DNA of 64,000 nt. Origin: a virus. The notes under the pieces were generated by a model. That model had not been told where the DNA came from. It saw nothing but the letters and a program-made list of their open reading frames with translations, and did not search any database. Both the position numbers and the translations under genes were made by a program. The stretch spans positions 1-64,000 of IMG/VR virus record IMGVR_UViG_3300045988_164842. The stretch is one strand, 5' to 3'. Below are positions 16,126-25,933 of the stretch, piece by piece. The stretch's first letter is position 1; the number at the start of each line of letters is the position of its first letter.

Positions 16126-18073
16126 CAAAATACAGGAAGCAAAGGAAAGCTTAGGCGATGATAACGCACAACTGATAGCGGACATACTGAACGTAGAAAA
16201 TTACAGTGAAAGAGAAATGAAAGGCTGTTGCCCTTTTCATGCTGAGAAAACACCGTCTTTCATCTACAACAAGAAAAAATTCAGCTTTCACTGCTTTGGC
16301 TGTGGAGAAAACGTTGATATCATTACGGCTATGCAAAGCACCGGAAAGACTTTTAAAGAAGCAACAGAAGAACTCGAAAGACTTTCAGGAGTTGTAATAT
16401 CGGACGGAAAATCATCGAAAGATAAGGATTTCAAATATCCTGTAGCTGTACATACTGACAATAAAAATAAAGCATATGAGTATCTGAAGCTGAGAGGTAT
16501 CAGTAAAGAAACTGCTGATAGCGTAGCAGTGGAGCAGGACGAAAAAGGAAATCTTGTTTTTCAGTATTTCGACCTTGAAGATACTCTGACGAACGTCAAA
16601 TACCGTCCATCTCATAAAGTAGAAAAAGGTAGTGTTAAGACATGGTTTCAGAAAGACTGCGATAAAAAACACATTCTTTTCAATATGAATAGGATTAATC
16701 CTACTCAACCTCTACTTATAACCGAGGGAGAAATCGACTGCATGACAGCCATAGAATGTGGCTTTAAGAACGCCGTATCCGTACCTATGGGAGCAGGAAA
16801 CACTCAATGGATAGAAGAATGCTGGGAATGGCTTGAAAGGTTCGATACCATTATCATTTGTGCTGACAACGATAAAGCCGGGGAGAAAATGAAAGATGAG
16901 TGTGTTACAAGACTTGGAGCGTGGAGAACACAGATTGTTCAGCTTCCTGAAAAGACCGAAAGAATATTTGAAGATGGCACAGTGAAGATAGTAAAGATTT
17001 CAGACCTGAATGAAGTCCTCTACTTTTTCGGGAAAGACAAAGTAAAGGAATGCCTGACGAATACAAAGCTTCCTGAGATTAAAGGAGCTTACGATTACTC
17101 AGATGTAGAGGGAAAGAATGCAGAAACTGAGGAAGGTGTATATACAGGCTTGTATGCTTTAGACCATCTTATCAACAAACTTGCTTTCGGAACACTAACA
17201 ATAGTGACAGGTGAAGCAGGTTCGGGAAAATCTTCGTTTCTTAATGGCGTTATGGCAACAGCTATCGAAGACGGTATCAAAGTCTTTCAGTATAGCGGAG
17301 AATTGCTGAAAGAACACAACAAGGCGTGGATTACACCTATACTGGCAGGACAATTTTATCGAACAGAATTACACCTAAAGAATGACGTTATTGCCTATAC
17401 AACGCCTAAAGAAATCGAAAAGAAGATAGATGAATACTATAGGGGAATGAGATGGGGATATGACACATCTCATGGAAACAGCATTGATGATATACTGGAC
17501 GTTGCCACACAACTTGTACGGCGATACGGCGTAAAGCTTGTAACTATAGATAATCTCTCATGCATTGATATTAATGTCGGACGTTCGAGTAGTGAATTTC
17601 AAGAGCAGAAAAACATTACGAATAAACTGAGAGAGTTTGCAAAAGAGTTTAAAGTCGCAGTTATTTTTGTTGTCCACCCTCGAAAGAAACAAAATGGCTA
17701 CACTGGCGGTATTGAAAGAGATGATGTAGGTGGTAGCGGAGCTATTACAAATCTTGCCCACGTCACTATATCACTTCATAGAGTAACCCCAAAAGAAAAA
17801 AGCGGAATAATGAACCAAAAAGGTGATTACATTACTCCGCCTGTACCATATGATGTGACTTTCAAAGTGCTGAAACAGCGTAATAGCTCAACATATCAGC
17901 TGGTTTGTGGTGTCTATTATGATGTGCCTTCAAAGAGATTTTTCTCAAATTTAGCCGAACTCAGAAAACAGTATAGTTGGGACACGGCGGACTTGTCACA
18001 AAAAGAACTGCCATATCCGCACCCTGCATTTGAAAACTTTAGAGAGATAGAGGAAGAAATTTATGGAGCATAA
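16112..18073 (+). CDS. bifunctional DNA primase / DnaB-like replicative helicase
   Basis: CHC2 zinc finger CCPFHAEKTPSF...CFGCG, Toprim ITEGEIDCMT and CADNDKAG, Walker A GEAGSGKSS, Walker B-like LVTIDNLS. Confidence 0.9.
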   Translation: MISIDKIQEAKESLGDDNAQLIADILNVENYSEREMKGCCPFHAEKTPSFIYNKKKFSFHCFGCGENVDIITAMQSTGKTFKEATEELERLSGVVISDGKSSKDKDFKYPVAVHTDNKNKAYEYLKLRGISKETADSVAVEQDEKGNLVFQYFDLEDTLTNVKYRPSHKVEKGSVKTWFQKDCDKKHILFNMNRINPTQPLLITEGEIDCMTAIECGFKNAVSVPMGAGNTQWIEECWEWLERFDTIIICADNDKAGEKMKDECVTRLGAWRTQIVQLPEKTERIFEDGTVKIVKISDLNEVLYFFGKDKVKECLTNTKLPEIKGAYDYSDVEGKNAETEEGVYTGLYALDHLINKLAFGTLTIVTGEAGSGKSSFLNGVMATAIEDGIKVFQYSGELLKEHNKAWITPILAGQFYRTELHLKNDVIAYTTPKEIEKKIDEYYRGMRWGYDTSHGNSIDDILDVATQLVRRYGVKLVTIDNLSCIDINVGRSSSEFQEQKNITNKLREFAKEFKVAVIFVVHPRKKQNGYTGGIERDDVGGSGAITNLAHVTISLHRVTPKEKSGIMNQKGDYITPPVPYDVTFKVLKQRNSSTYQLVCGVYYDVPSKRFFSNLAELRKQYSWDTADLSQKELPYPHPAFENFREIEEEIYGA

Positions 18074-21000
18074 ATGGAATAATTATCATAAGCACACCGA
18101 GTTTTCAAACCTTGTTGTTCAAGACTGTGTAGTGAAGATTTCTGACTACATACAAAGAGCAAAGGAACTCGGACATGATACATATTTCACTACAGAACAT
18201 GGCTTCGGAGGTGATATATTTGAAGCAAAGACACTCTGTGACCAAGCAGGACTACATTGCAAATTTGCCGTGGAAGCGTATATTGTAAAAAACAACAAAG
18301 GAAAGGACGATAGGAATTATCACATAGTAGTGATACCTACTACTAATACCGCAAGAAAAAAACTTAACAAGATTATTTCGGAAGCAAATCTTTACGGATT
18401 TTACAAGAGAGCAAGAATTTCTCTTAGCGATATCCTTTCCCTTGACGAAGAAGATGTATACATAACAACAGCCTGTATAGCAGGAATATTAAGAGATATA
18501 GATGGTATGAATGACATTTTTCTTCCGCTTGTAAAGAAATTCGGCAATCACGTTTTACTGGAAGTACAGCCACATAATCACGCTGAACAAATCAGGATAA
18601 ACAAACTTGCATTATCTCTCTCGAAGCATTACGGGCTAAAAATTATCAGTGCTTGTGATAGTCACTATATCCGTCCGGAAGATGCCGAGGATAGAATACT
18701 GTATCTGAAATCAAAAGATGTTTACTACAAAGACAGCGATGAAAATAGCTTTACACTTGACTATCCTGATACAGAAACGCTCCTGCGAAGATATACGGAG
18801 CAAGGCGTTCTGACTGTTGAGCAGGCTATGGAAGCTATACAGAACACAAACATCTTTGACGAATGTGAAGATATCGAGATTTCTCTCGATATAAAAATGC
18901 CGAACATCTACAAAAATAAAAGCGTAGAAGAAAGAATTGGGATACTGAAAAACATTGTTTCAAAAGAGTTCGAGAAGATAATCCCGACTATCCCGGTTAA
19001 AAAACTTCCTGAATACATAAAAGAAATTCAGGAAGAAATGAAAGTAGTAGAAGATACGGCGGAAGTTCATAGCATGGATTATTTTCTCTTAAACTATGAG
19101 ATAGTTCACAAAGCAGTGAATGTGTATGGCGGTATTCTCACGAGAAGCGGTAGAGGAAGTTGTTCTTCTTTTTACCTAAATTACGTTCTTGGTATGACAC
19201 AGGTTGACAAAGTGGCAGAAAAAATCCCTTTGTACCCTGACCGTTTTATGAGTACAGCAAGACTTATTGAAAACAGAAGCTTACCCGACATTGACTATAA
19301 TGTTGTGAGCGATGAACCGTTTGTACAGGCTTCAAAAGATTTCATAGGTGAAAAAGGCGTATATCCGATGATTGCCTACGGAACTATCAAGGAAGACGGT
19401 GCTTTTAAAGCTTCCTGCAAAGCATTGGGAGTGCCGTATAATGCAGTAGAAGAAGTCGCGAAAGAGAAAGAAAAGTACAAGGATAAAGAACCGTGGAGGT
19501 CAGCAATCGAATTATCAGAAAAGCTTGTAAACACAATTGTCAGCAAATCTATTCATCCTTGTTCGTATCTGCTTTTTGATGGCGATATTGAAAGTGAAAT
19601 AGGCGTTATTCGCTGTAGCTCTGAAACATCAAAGGAAATACAGTATTCGGCTTTAATAACATCAGCAGAAGCGGACGCATATAAGTATTTAAAAAATGAC
19701 TACCTGAAAGTCGAAGTGTGGAAAATCATTTCAGAAGTCTTCAAAGAAATAGGTGAACCGATATACACCATAAATCAATTAAGAGAAAAGCTTGACGATA
19801 AGACGTGGCTTATGTATTCAGCAGGCTTGACGGCAACATTAAATCAGACTGACAGCAGTTTCGGAACTTCATTCGTAAAAAGGTACAAACCTAAATCAGT
19901 TGAAGAAATGGCAATGTTTGTAGCCTGTATACGTCCATCATTTAATTCATGGCGTGAAGATTTCATTCAGAGAAAACCTTTTTCTACTGGCGTTCCACAA
20001 ATGGACAAAGTTCTTTCGTCTACAAACCACTACATTCTTTTTCAGGAAAATCTTATGCAGTATTTTATATGGCTGAAACTCACACCTGCCGAAGCTATTA
20101 ACATCATTAAAAAGATTTCCAAAAAGAAAATTAAAGAAGATGATTTTAAAAAGCTTGAAGAAAGACTAAAAGAAAGCTGGATTGAAATCATCGGAAGCGA
20201 AAAGGGTTTTATGGAAAACTGGCAAATGATACAAAGTTGTATCTCCTATGGGTTTTGTTCCGCACATGGATTGTGTGTTGCTTACGATAGTCTGTATGGA
20301 GCATACCTGAAAAGCCATTATCCGTTACAATATTACACGGTCGCTTTCAATACTTACAAAAAAGACCTTGACAAAACTACGGCTCTTACGGCGGAATTAA
20401 AGCACTTTGGCATTAAAATCAATCCTATTTCTTACGGTCACTCAAAAGGTGGCTATACCTACGACCTCACAACTAATACGATATATAAAGGTGTAGAAAG
20501 CGTAAAGACTTTGAATGAGCAGGTCGCAAACGAACTGTACGAATTATCTCAGACCATGCACACGACAAGTTTTGTTTCTTTACTGCAAGCCATTAAAGAA
20601 AAAACATCTTTAAAGAAAAATCAAATAGAAGCACTTATTCAGATTGGTTTTCTCAAAGAGTTCGGCAATATCCCGACACTACTTAAAATCTTTGAATATA
20701 CACAAATACTCAAATACGGAACTGCAAAATCCATCAATAAAGACAAAGCAATAGAATACGGTTTTGAAAGTTACCAGATACAAGACTACGCCTCATGCCT
20801 TAACAAAGATGGGTCGGAAAGCAAATCATACAAATTTGATGATTCGGCAGATGATTTTTTGCACCATGTTGAACAAACACTAAAAAAAGAAAGCATACCA
20901 GACCTTGACGTTGTAGAAAAGATGAAACTACAAAAAGAATATCTCGGTTATATTTCATCAGGAACAGGGAAACCAGAAGACCGAACAAAACTTTTTATTA

Positions 21001-21254
21001 GTGACTTGAAGCCTTTAAAGAAAGTCGGAGGAAAGAAACCTTGGGGATATAAGGTTTCCACGATAAGTATAGGTTCAGGAAAAGAAGCGGAAGTCACTAT
21101 ATTGTCGAGAGTGTACAGCAGAAACCCGATTGAAAAAGGCGATGTTATTCTTACGAGCCGGGAGGGTATAAGCAAAAGAAATGGTTACTGGTATCTATAC
21201 TTATACGAGAAAGAAAGGACAATAGTAAATGAAAGAGTTAATTCCGAAAGATGA
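18063..21254 (+). CDS. dnaE: DNA polymerase III alpha-subunit-like (DnaE-type) replicase
   Basis: N-terminal PHP domain (NYHKHTEFSN, TTEHG, CDSHY); 1063 aa; adjacent to the primase-helicase. Confidence 0.85.
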   Translation: MEHKWNNYHKHTEFSNLVVQDCVVKISDYIQRAKELGHDTYFTTEHGFGGDIFEAKTLCDQAGLHCKFAVEAYIVKNNKGKDDRNYHIVVIPTTNTARKKLNKIISEANLYGFYKRARISLSDILSLDEEDVYITTACIAGILRDIDGMNDIFLPLVKKFGNHVLLEVQPHNHAEQIRINKLALSLSKHYGLKIISACDSHYIRPEDAEDRILYLKSKDVYYKDSDENSFTLDYPDTETLLRRYTEQGVLTVEQAMEAIQNTNIFDECEDIEISLDIKMPNIYKNKSVEERIGILKNIVSKEFEKIIPTIPVKKLPEYIKEIQEEMKVVEDTAEVHSMDYFLLNYEIVHKAVNVYGGILTRSGRGSCSSFYLNYVLGMTQVDKVAEKIPLYPDRFMSTARLIENRSLPDIDYNVVSDEPFVQASKDFIGEKGVYPMIAYGTIKEDGAFKASCKALGVPYNAVEEVAKEKEKYKDKEPWRSAIELSEKLVNTIVSKSIHPCSYLLFDGDIESEIGVIRCSSETSKEIQYSALITSAEADAYKYLKNDYLKVEVWKIISEVFKEIGEPIYTINQLREKLDDKTWLMYSAGLTATLNQTDSSFGTSFVKRYKPKSVEEMAMFVACIRPSFNSWREDFIQRKPFSTGVPQMDKVLSSTNHYILFQENLMQYFIWLKLTPAEAINIIKKISKKKIKEDDFKKLEERLKESWIEIIGSEKGFMENWQMIQSCISYGFCSAHGLCVAYDSLYGAYLKSHYPLQYYTVAFNTYKKDLDKTTALTAELKHFGIKINPISYGHSKGGYTYDLTTNTIYKGVESVKTLNEQVANELYELSQTMHTTSFVSLLQAIKEKTSLKKNQIEALIQIGFLKEFGNIPTLLKIFEYTQILKYGTAKSINKDKAIEYGFESYQIQDYASCLNKDGSESKSYKFDDSADDFLHHVEQTLKKESIPDLDVVEKMKLQKEYLGYISSGTGKPEDRTKLFISDLKPLKKVGGKKPWGYKVSTISIGSGKEAEVTILSRVYSRNPIEKGDVILTSREGISKRNGYWYLYLYEKERTIVNERVNSER

Positions 21255-21888
21255 ATATGGTATTTTCGCCGATAAGAAAGATGTGATAAGAGTAGACAGC
21301 TTATTTGTAGCAAAACTATTTGAAAAGAAACATAAACACGTTTTACGAGATATCGCTAAAATCATTGAGCCCAAATCTGGGCTTAGTGAAAATTTCATTA
21401 AAAACAACTTTACCGTAGACACATATAAAGATTCTACAGGTAGAAGTCTTCCATGCTACCAATTGACCCGTGACGGTTTTACCCTACTTGTTATGGGTTA
21501 CACAGGAACAAAAGCTATGCACTTTAAAGAAATGTATATTCAACGTTTCAACGAGATGGAAAACCTCATTCAGTCACTTATATCAGCAAGACAACAGTTT
21601 CCTTTACTTACAGACAACATTAAGCTTGCATATCCAGACACAAAACCGTATCACTATTCAAACGAGTGTGACATGATTAATCGCCTTGTTATCGGAATGA
21701 CTGCAAAGCAGTTTAGAGAAAAACATAACATACCAAAAGGTGAAAGCATACGACCGTATCTAACTGAGCAAGAAATAAGTATTATGGATAAGCTTCAAAA
21801 GGTTGATATAGGACTTCTTGTAATATTACCAGACTACAATAAGAGAAAAGAAAAGCTTAAAGAGTATATGGAAAGAATAATAAAATAG
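21229..21888 (+). CDS. Rha-family phage regulatory protein
   Basis: VDSLFVAKLFEKKHKHVLRDIAKII is the Rha N-terminal signature. Confidence 0.75.
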   Translation: MKELIPKDEYGIFADKKDVIRVDSLFVAKLFEKKHKHVLRDIAKIIEPKSGLSENFIKNNFTVDTYKDSTGRSLPCYQLTRDGFTLLVMGYTGTKAMHFKEMYIQRFNEMENLIQSLISARQQFPLLTDNIKLAYPDTKPYHYSNECDMINRLVIGMTAKQFREKHNIPKGESIRPYLTEQEISIMDKLQKVDIGLLVILPDYNKRKEKLKEYMERIIK

Positions 21889-21897
21889 CGAATTATC

Positions 21898-22230
21898 TTA
21901 CTCTGATATTTCAAGTAACCTATCTACAGACTTTTGAATATCCGTTTGTTGCCGATAAGCAAGGATTAATTGCTTTTCTTTATCAGATAAAAACATAACC
22001 TCATCTTCTATGCAAATTTCGTCTGTTCTACATAGAAGGTAATCGACAGACACATTTAAGTATTCTGCAATTGCATATAAGTTTTTCGACTTCATACCTT
22101 CTTGACTACTTGCTAATTGTGTAATTGCGTTTTTTCCAAGCCCACATTCTGTCTGTAAAGTTCCTATTGATATTCCTTTTATTTTCAAAATTTTTTTTAT
22201 ACGCAAAGCTACTTCTTGTGAATTATACAT
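21898..22230 (-). CDS. XRE-family HTH repressor-like protein
   Basis: Start MYNSQEVALRIKKILKIKGISIGTLQTECGLGKNAITQ follows AAAGGAGGTTTTT. Divergent from a consensus promoter. Confidence 0.75.
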   Translation of the reverse strand: MYNSQEVALRIKKILKIKGISIGTLQTECGLGKNAITQLASSQEGMKSKNLYAIAEYLNVSVDYLLCRTDEICIEDEVMFLSDKEKQLILAYRQQTDIQKSVDRLLEISE

Positions 22231-22273
22231 AAAAACCTCCTTTGAATTTTGTGATAAAGATAGAAATTCACTT

Positions 22274-22318
22274 TTAATCGGGAAATATATTGACTTTTCC
22301 CGATTAATCGGGTATAAT
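22274..22318 (+). promoter_or_regulatory. consensus promoter overlapped by palindromic operators
   Basis: TTGACT(22290-22295)-17 nt-TATAAT(22313-22318). Perfect 14-bp palindrome CCCGATTAATCGGG (22299-22312) fills the spacer. TTAATCGGGAAA (22274-22285) is the inverse of TTTCCCGATTAA (22296-22307). Confidence 0.75.
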
Positions 22319-22376
22319 ATAATTGTGGAAAGCAAAAAGATTCCACAGTATTTTGAAAAATTAATAAGGAGGCGGA

Positions 22377-22565
22377 ATGATGAGCAAAGGGAATCGGATT
22401 GCCACAGAAAAGAAGATTCAAGAGCTTAACGAAAGAATTAAGCAACTTGAAGAAAAACAAAAAAGTGACGAGAAAATCTCAGCCAAAGAGAAAATTCTTC
22501 TCGTCACGGCAATCTTGAATTTCTTTAAGATACTTTATGACATTGTCAAAGAGTTCTTAAATTAA
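22377..22565 (+). CDS. small coiled-coil/membrane protein (62 aa)
   Basis: GGAGG RBS. KIQELNERIKQLEEKQK followed by the hydrophobic ILLVTAILNFFKILY. Confidence 0.55.
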   Translation: MMSKGNRIATEKKIQELNERIKQLEEKQKSDEKISAKEKILLVTAILNFFKILYDIVKEFLN

Positions 22566-22581
22566 ATTCAAAACAGAGAGA

Positions 22582-22607
22582 GGGGGGAGAAATCCCCCAA
22601 TCTTTTC
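22582..22607 (+). terminator. intrinsic terminator candidate
   Basis: GGGGGA(22583-22588)/TCCCCC(22593-22598) hairpin, followed by AATCTTTTC. Confidence 0.45.
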
Positions 22608-22672
22608 AAATCTATTATATCATGCCGATATTCTTTTGTCAACGTCTTCAGAAAAAAAAGAGGTGAAAAATA

Positions 22673-22753
22673 ATGATTGACATAATTTTTAACGTCATAG
22701 AGCTTATACTCTGGGCATTGGTCATTGTGTGTATTCTTAAAAAGCGTAAATAA
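22673..22753 (+). CDS. 26-aa hydrophobic micro-protein
   Basis: AGAGGTGAAAAATA RBS. Hand translation: MIDIIFNVIELILWALVIVCILKKRK. Below the ORF-track cutoff. Confidence 0.4.
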   Translation: MIDIIFNVIELILWALVIVCILKKRK

Positions 22754-22765
22754 GAGGTGGTAATA

Positions 22766-22981
22766 ATGACTATCAATGACAGCATAAAGCATTGCAGGAC
22801 TTCAAGAGGTTTTACTCAAAAAGAAATCGCTGAAAAACTTGGCATTCCTCACACCTTTATTAGTCAGATTGAACAAGGAAATAGGCAGATACCGACCGAA
22901 AGATTTATTCAACTTGCGGATATTTTTGACTGTTCTCTCGATGAAGTTGTGGGAAGAAAGAGGAAGAACACGAATGAATGA
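22766..22981 (+). CDS. XRE/Cro-like HTH protein
   Basis: Start MTINDSIKHCRTSRGFTQKEIAEKLGIPHTFISQIEQGNRQIP follows AGAGGTGGTAATA. Confidence 0.75.
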   Translation: MTINDSIKHCRTSRGFTQKEIAEKLGIPHTFISQIEQGNRQIPTERFIQLADIFDCSLDEVVGRKRKNTNE

Positions 22982-23243
22982 CCTTCTTACTCGCATTTCA
23001 AATGAGTTATCTTACTCAAACATCTGTCGCAACATTGGTGTTGAGCGAATGGACTTACTGAGGATTAAGTTTCTGATAGAACAAAACGGAGCAGGAATAG
23101 ACTTTATCTTGAAGTCTTTAGAAGAAAGCGTGTACTCAGGCGTAAAATTCTACAACATTCATGACAAAGTAGAATTCATAAAAATCACAAAGACAACTAA
23201 AGACGGTTGTTTTAACTGTGTTTCAGGGATAAAATCAGCTTGA
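22974..23243 (+). CDS. hypothetical protein (89 aa)
   Basis: ATG at 22974 overlaps the upstream stop (ATGAATGA). The track ORF 22839.. extends upstream in the same frame but overlaps the HTH gene. Confidence 0.5.
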   Translation: MNDLLTRISNELSYSNICRNIGVERMDLLRIKFLIEQNGAGIDFILKSLEESVYSGVKFYNIHDKVEFIKITKTTKDGCFNCVSGIKSA

Positions 23244-23307
23244 CATTTCTGAAAAACTATGATACAATAAAGAAAATCAAATAAACCTTTACGGTTTGAA
23301 AGCCTTT

Positions 23308-23338
23308 AAAGCCACCAATGCAGGTGGCTTTATTTTTT
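23308..23338 (+). terminator. intrinsic terminator
   Basis: AAAGCCACC(23308-23316)/GGTGGCTTT(23323-23331), then ATTTTTT. Confidence 0.8.
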
Positions 23339-23344
23339 ATATAA

Positions 23345-23378
23345 GAAAAAAAGACCATAGATTTTACTCTATGGTCTT
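23345..23378 (-). terminator. intrinsic terminator for the converging minus-strand operon
   Basis: AGACCATAGA(23352-23361)/TCTATGGTCT(23368-23377), with a T-run on the minus strand (A7 at 23345-23351 on +). Confidence 0.75.
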
Positions 23379-23423
23379 AACTTTATTACAAGCGGAGCTT
23401 CTTATTCAGGTGTGCTACACACC

Positions 23424-24164
23424 TCACTTCATGAGCAGGCGGAACGTTTCTCTGCCTTTAACGGTAACGAAGGTCTGAATTCCACTCCATGTTGTCTTTG
23501 CACTTTTACTTTCCTTTACTTCAAACAAGCCGTTGTTCTTTTCAGCGTACGGCATGAGTTTTCCTTTCTTGTCACGGTAAAGATAACCGTTATTGAGCAG
23601 GAAATTGATAAACTTTCTTTCGCCCGTCCTAAGTTCTTTTGCGGTTTCACGGAATGAAGTAAGCGTATTGCGGTCAACAAGGTCGTCAAAGTAGTCAGCT
23701 TTCGGCTTCATAATCTGGTTTTCAGCTTCAAGGCGTTTGCGTTCAAGTCTTTCTTCCTTGAGTTTCTGAAATACCTGAATAGCTAAATCGGGGTTTTCAA
23801 GGAGTTCATCTGTAGCGTACATACCGTGTTTGCGGATTGACTTAATAGCTTCTCTTACAAACGCTCTGAAATGTCTTGCTTTATCAGTCTTTGAAAGCAT
23901 TGTGATTTCGTATATGCCATCTTCCGTGAAAAGCCTTGTATTGTATTGTTTGCCGTCAGTAGCCCTCATTTTGAGGGTAACTGAAAATTCAATATTTTTG
24001 AGGTATTCATTTCTTGAAATCAAGTTGTCAATAGCTTTCTGAGGATTGCTGTATCCAAGACAACTTCCAAGCTGTGTCGATGTCATGAGTATCTCGTTGT
24101 TATCACTTTCGTAAAAGTCACACTGGTTGCCGCAAAACATTTCTGATTTTACAATTTCGTACAT
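23424..24164 (-). CDS. BRO-N-like / KilAC antirepressor-like protein
   Basis: N-terminal LGSCLGYSNPQKAI...EDGIYEITMLSKTDKARHFRAFVREAIKSIRKHG. C-terminal KPKADYFDDLVDRNTLTSFRETAKEL...KGRETFRLLMK is nearly collinear with the C-terminus of 4852..5598. Confidence 0.8.
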   Translation of the reverse strand: MYEIVKSEMFCGNQCDFYESDNNEILMTSTQLGSCLGYSNPQKAIDNLISRNEYLKNIEFSVTLKMRATDGKQYNTRLFTEDGIYEITMLSKTDKARHFRAFVREAIKSIRKHGMYATDELLENPDLAIQVFQKLKEERLERKRLEAENQIMKPKADYFDDLVDRNTLTSFRETAKELRTGERKFINFLLNNGYLYRDKKGKLMPYAEKNNGLFEVKESKSAKTTWSGIQTFVTVKGRETFRLLMK

Positions 24165-24165
24165 A

Positions 24166-25215
24166 TTATCTTTCCTTTCCCATAACGCTTACATACTTTA
24201 CAAATTCTGATTTCAAAACATACTGCTGTTGTTCGAGAAAGTTAATAACTTTGCTTGCATTAACCTGAAACCATTCACCGAAAACCCTGCATTCATTAAA
24301 GTGTTTATGTACCATGTTTTCAATGTCAAAAGCGTTACTGCACACGATTGACTTATATACAAGGTCAAGTTTTGTACCTGCACCAGTTTCAAGAACGTGA
24401 AGTCTTTTTTCAACATTGTTTGAAACACCGACTTTAACTCTGTCGTTTTCAGGATTTCTAATGACATAGACAAACTGTCTGCTTCTGCTGTCCTGTGGTA
24501 ACACGCTTTCAACCACTCTTGCCTTAAACATATCCATGATGGCTTGCTTCATTTTTGCAAAACTGATAATAAACCTCGCTCTGTATTCTGTAGAGTATTT
24601 AAGCATTAACTGCATAGTAGCCATTTCGCCAAGGTCATATTCTTTGTAAGTCTGCCCGTTGCTTGCGAGGTAATCAACTTCCTTGAAATCGTTAATGATA
24701 AGCTGAATGTCACTGTCCAGATTTGGACAGTGGATTTTCTGAAGCTTGTCAAGTTCATCACGAATATCTCTAAGAATATGCCTATGGTCTTTACCTGTAA
24801 CTTCCGCAATTTTTCTTGATGTTGTTATCGGAATACCGTTTTTACTGAACACAAGCCCAGCTATATTGCCTTTGAATGTGATGGTTTCAAGCTTTGTTGT
24901 CATCTTACGGATTGACGGGAGAACTTCAGAAGTAACCCAACGCTTGAACTTTTTTGCATTGGACATCTTGCTTGAGAGGATTAAACTGTAAAGACCAGAC
25001 TCGTTGATTAATATCGCTTCTCGATTTTGACCTGACAGAACGATTCGTTCTGTCAGCTTATCTTCATCATCAACATGGTCTCTTATTGCCTTTGCTGTGT
25101 TTGTGTATTCAAGAATATCTGCAATATCTTTTCCGACAAACCACGGCTCTCCGTTGATTTCCATTGTTCTGATTGTTCCAAATTCCGCTTTTTCAAAAAT
25201 TCTGATTTCGTTCAT
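24166..25215 (-). CDS. BRO-N + Rha-like + T5orf172 (GIY-YIG-related) fusion protein
   Basis: Start MNEIRIFEKAEFGTIRTMEINGEPWFVGKDIA. Middle GIPITTSRKIAEVTGKDHRHILRDIR. C-terminal FVYVIRNPENDRVKVGVSNNVEKRLHVLETG...FGEWFQV. Confidence 0.8.
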   Translation of the reverse strand: MNEIRIFEKAEFGTIRTMEINGEPWFVGKDIADILEYTNTAKAIRDHVDDEDKLTERIVLSGQNREAILINESGLYSLILSSKMSNAKKFKRWVTSEVLPSIRKMTTKLETITFKGNIAGLVFSKNGIPITTSRKIAEVTGKDHRHILRDIRDELDKLQKIHCPNLDSDIQLIINDFKEVDYLASNGQTYKEYDLGEMATMQLMLKYSTEYRARFIISFAKMKQAIMDMFKARVVESVLPQDSRSRQFVYVIRNPENDRVKVGVSNNVEKRLHVLETGAGTKLDLVYKSIVCSNAFDIENMVHKHFNECRVFGEWFQVNASKVINFLEQQQYVLKSEFVKYVSVMGKER

Positions 25216-25231
25216 GTGTTGTCCCCTTTCA

Positions 25232-25435
25232 TTAACCGCCGATAAGTTCAAGTTCTTCAAGCCCTTTGTCATAGTAAGTATCTGCATAACCAACAGGCAT
25301 AGGTTCTGTGATAAAGTTTTCATATTCATCTTTGTAAATATCCTGCATATGTATTTTTGAGATTTTGCCCGACACCCAAAGACCAAAGATATATCCCATA
25401 AGATTTTGCCACTGAGTAAATGCTTTATTTTTCAT
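25232..25435 (-). CDS. hypothetical protein (67 aa)
   Basis: Tightly packed between the dUTPase and a BRO gene; no motif. Confidence 0.5.
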   Translation of the reverse strand: MKNKAFTQWQNLMGYIFGLWVSGKISKIHMQDIYKDEYENFITEPMPVGYADTYYDKGLEELELIGG

Positions 25436-25437
25436 AT

Positions 25438-25887
25438 TTAAAACCTCCCTGAGTGACCAAAGCCACCATCTTTTCTTTCTGATACGGACAATTCTTCTGT
25501 TGTTTCAAAGTCTGCTACAGCATATGGGACAATTACAAGTTGTGCAATTCGTTCTTTCGGTTCAACAAGCTGTGTTTTGTCGCTATCATTGTACAGTGCT
25601 ACCATGTATTCCCCTCTGTAGTCTTCATCGCAAACACCTACACAGTTGCTTGGACGTAACCCTCTTTTAGTAGCAAGTCCCGACCTTGCAAAAATCGCCC
25701 CGAATGTGTAATGTGGAAGTTCAATTGCAACGCCTGTGGGAATAACTTTGGTTTCATGCGGTTTGATTTCAAGAGTTTCATCTATGCAGGCGAACAAGTC
25801 ATATCCGGCAGACTTTGTTGTTGCTCTTTTCGGTATTATAGCATTCTCTCTAAGTTTTTTTATACTGACTTTCATTTTTTTCGACAC
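25438..25887 (-). CDS. dut: dUTP diphosphatase (trimeric dUTPase)
   Basis: AGYDL, ARSGLATK, GVCDEDYRGE and C-terminal RKDGGFGHSGRF motifs. Confidence 0.9.
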   Translation of the reverse strand: MSKKMKVSIKKLRENAIIPKRATTKSAGYDLFACIDETLEIKPHETKVIPTGVAIELPHYTFGAIFARSGLATKRGLRPSNCVGVCDEDYRGEYMVALYNDSDKTQLVEPKERIAQLVIVPYAVADFETTEELSVSERKDGGFGHSGRF

Positions 25888-25933
25888 CTTTCGCTATTGA
25901 CAACACATTCAATTTGTGATACTATAAGTTTGT

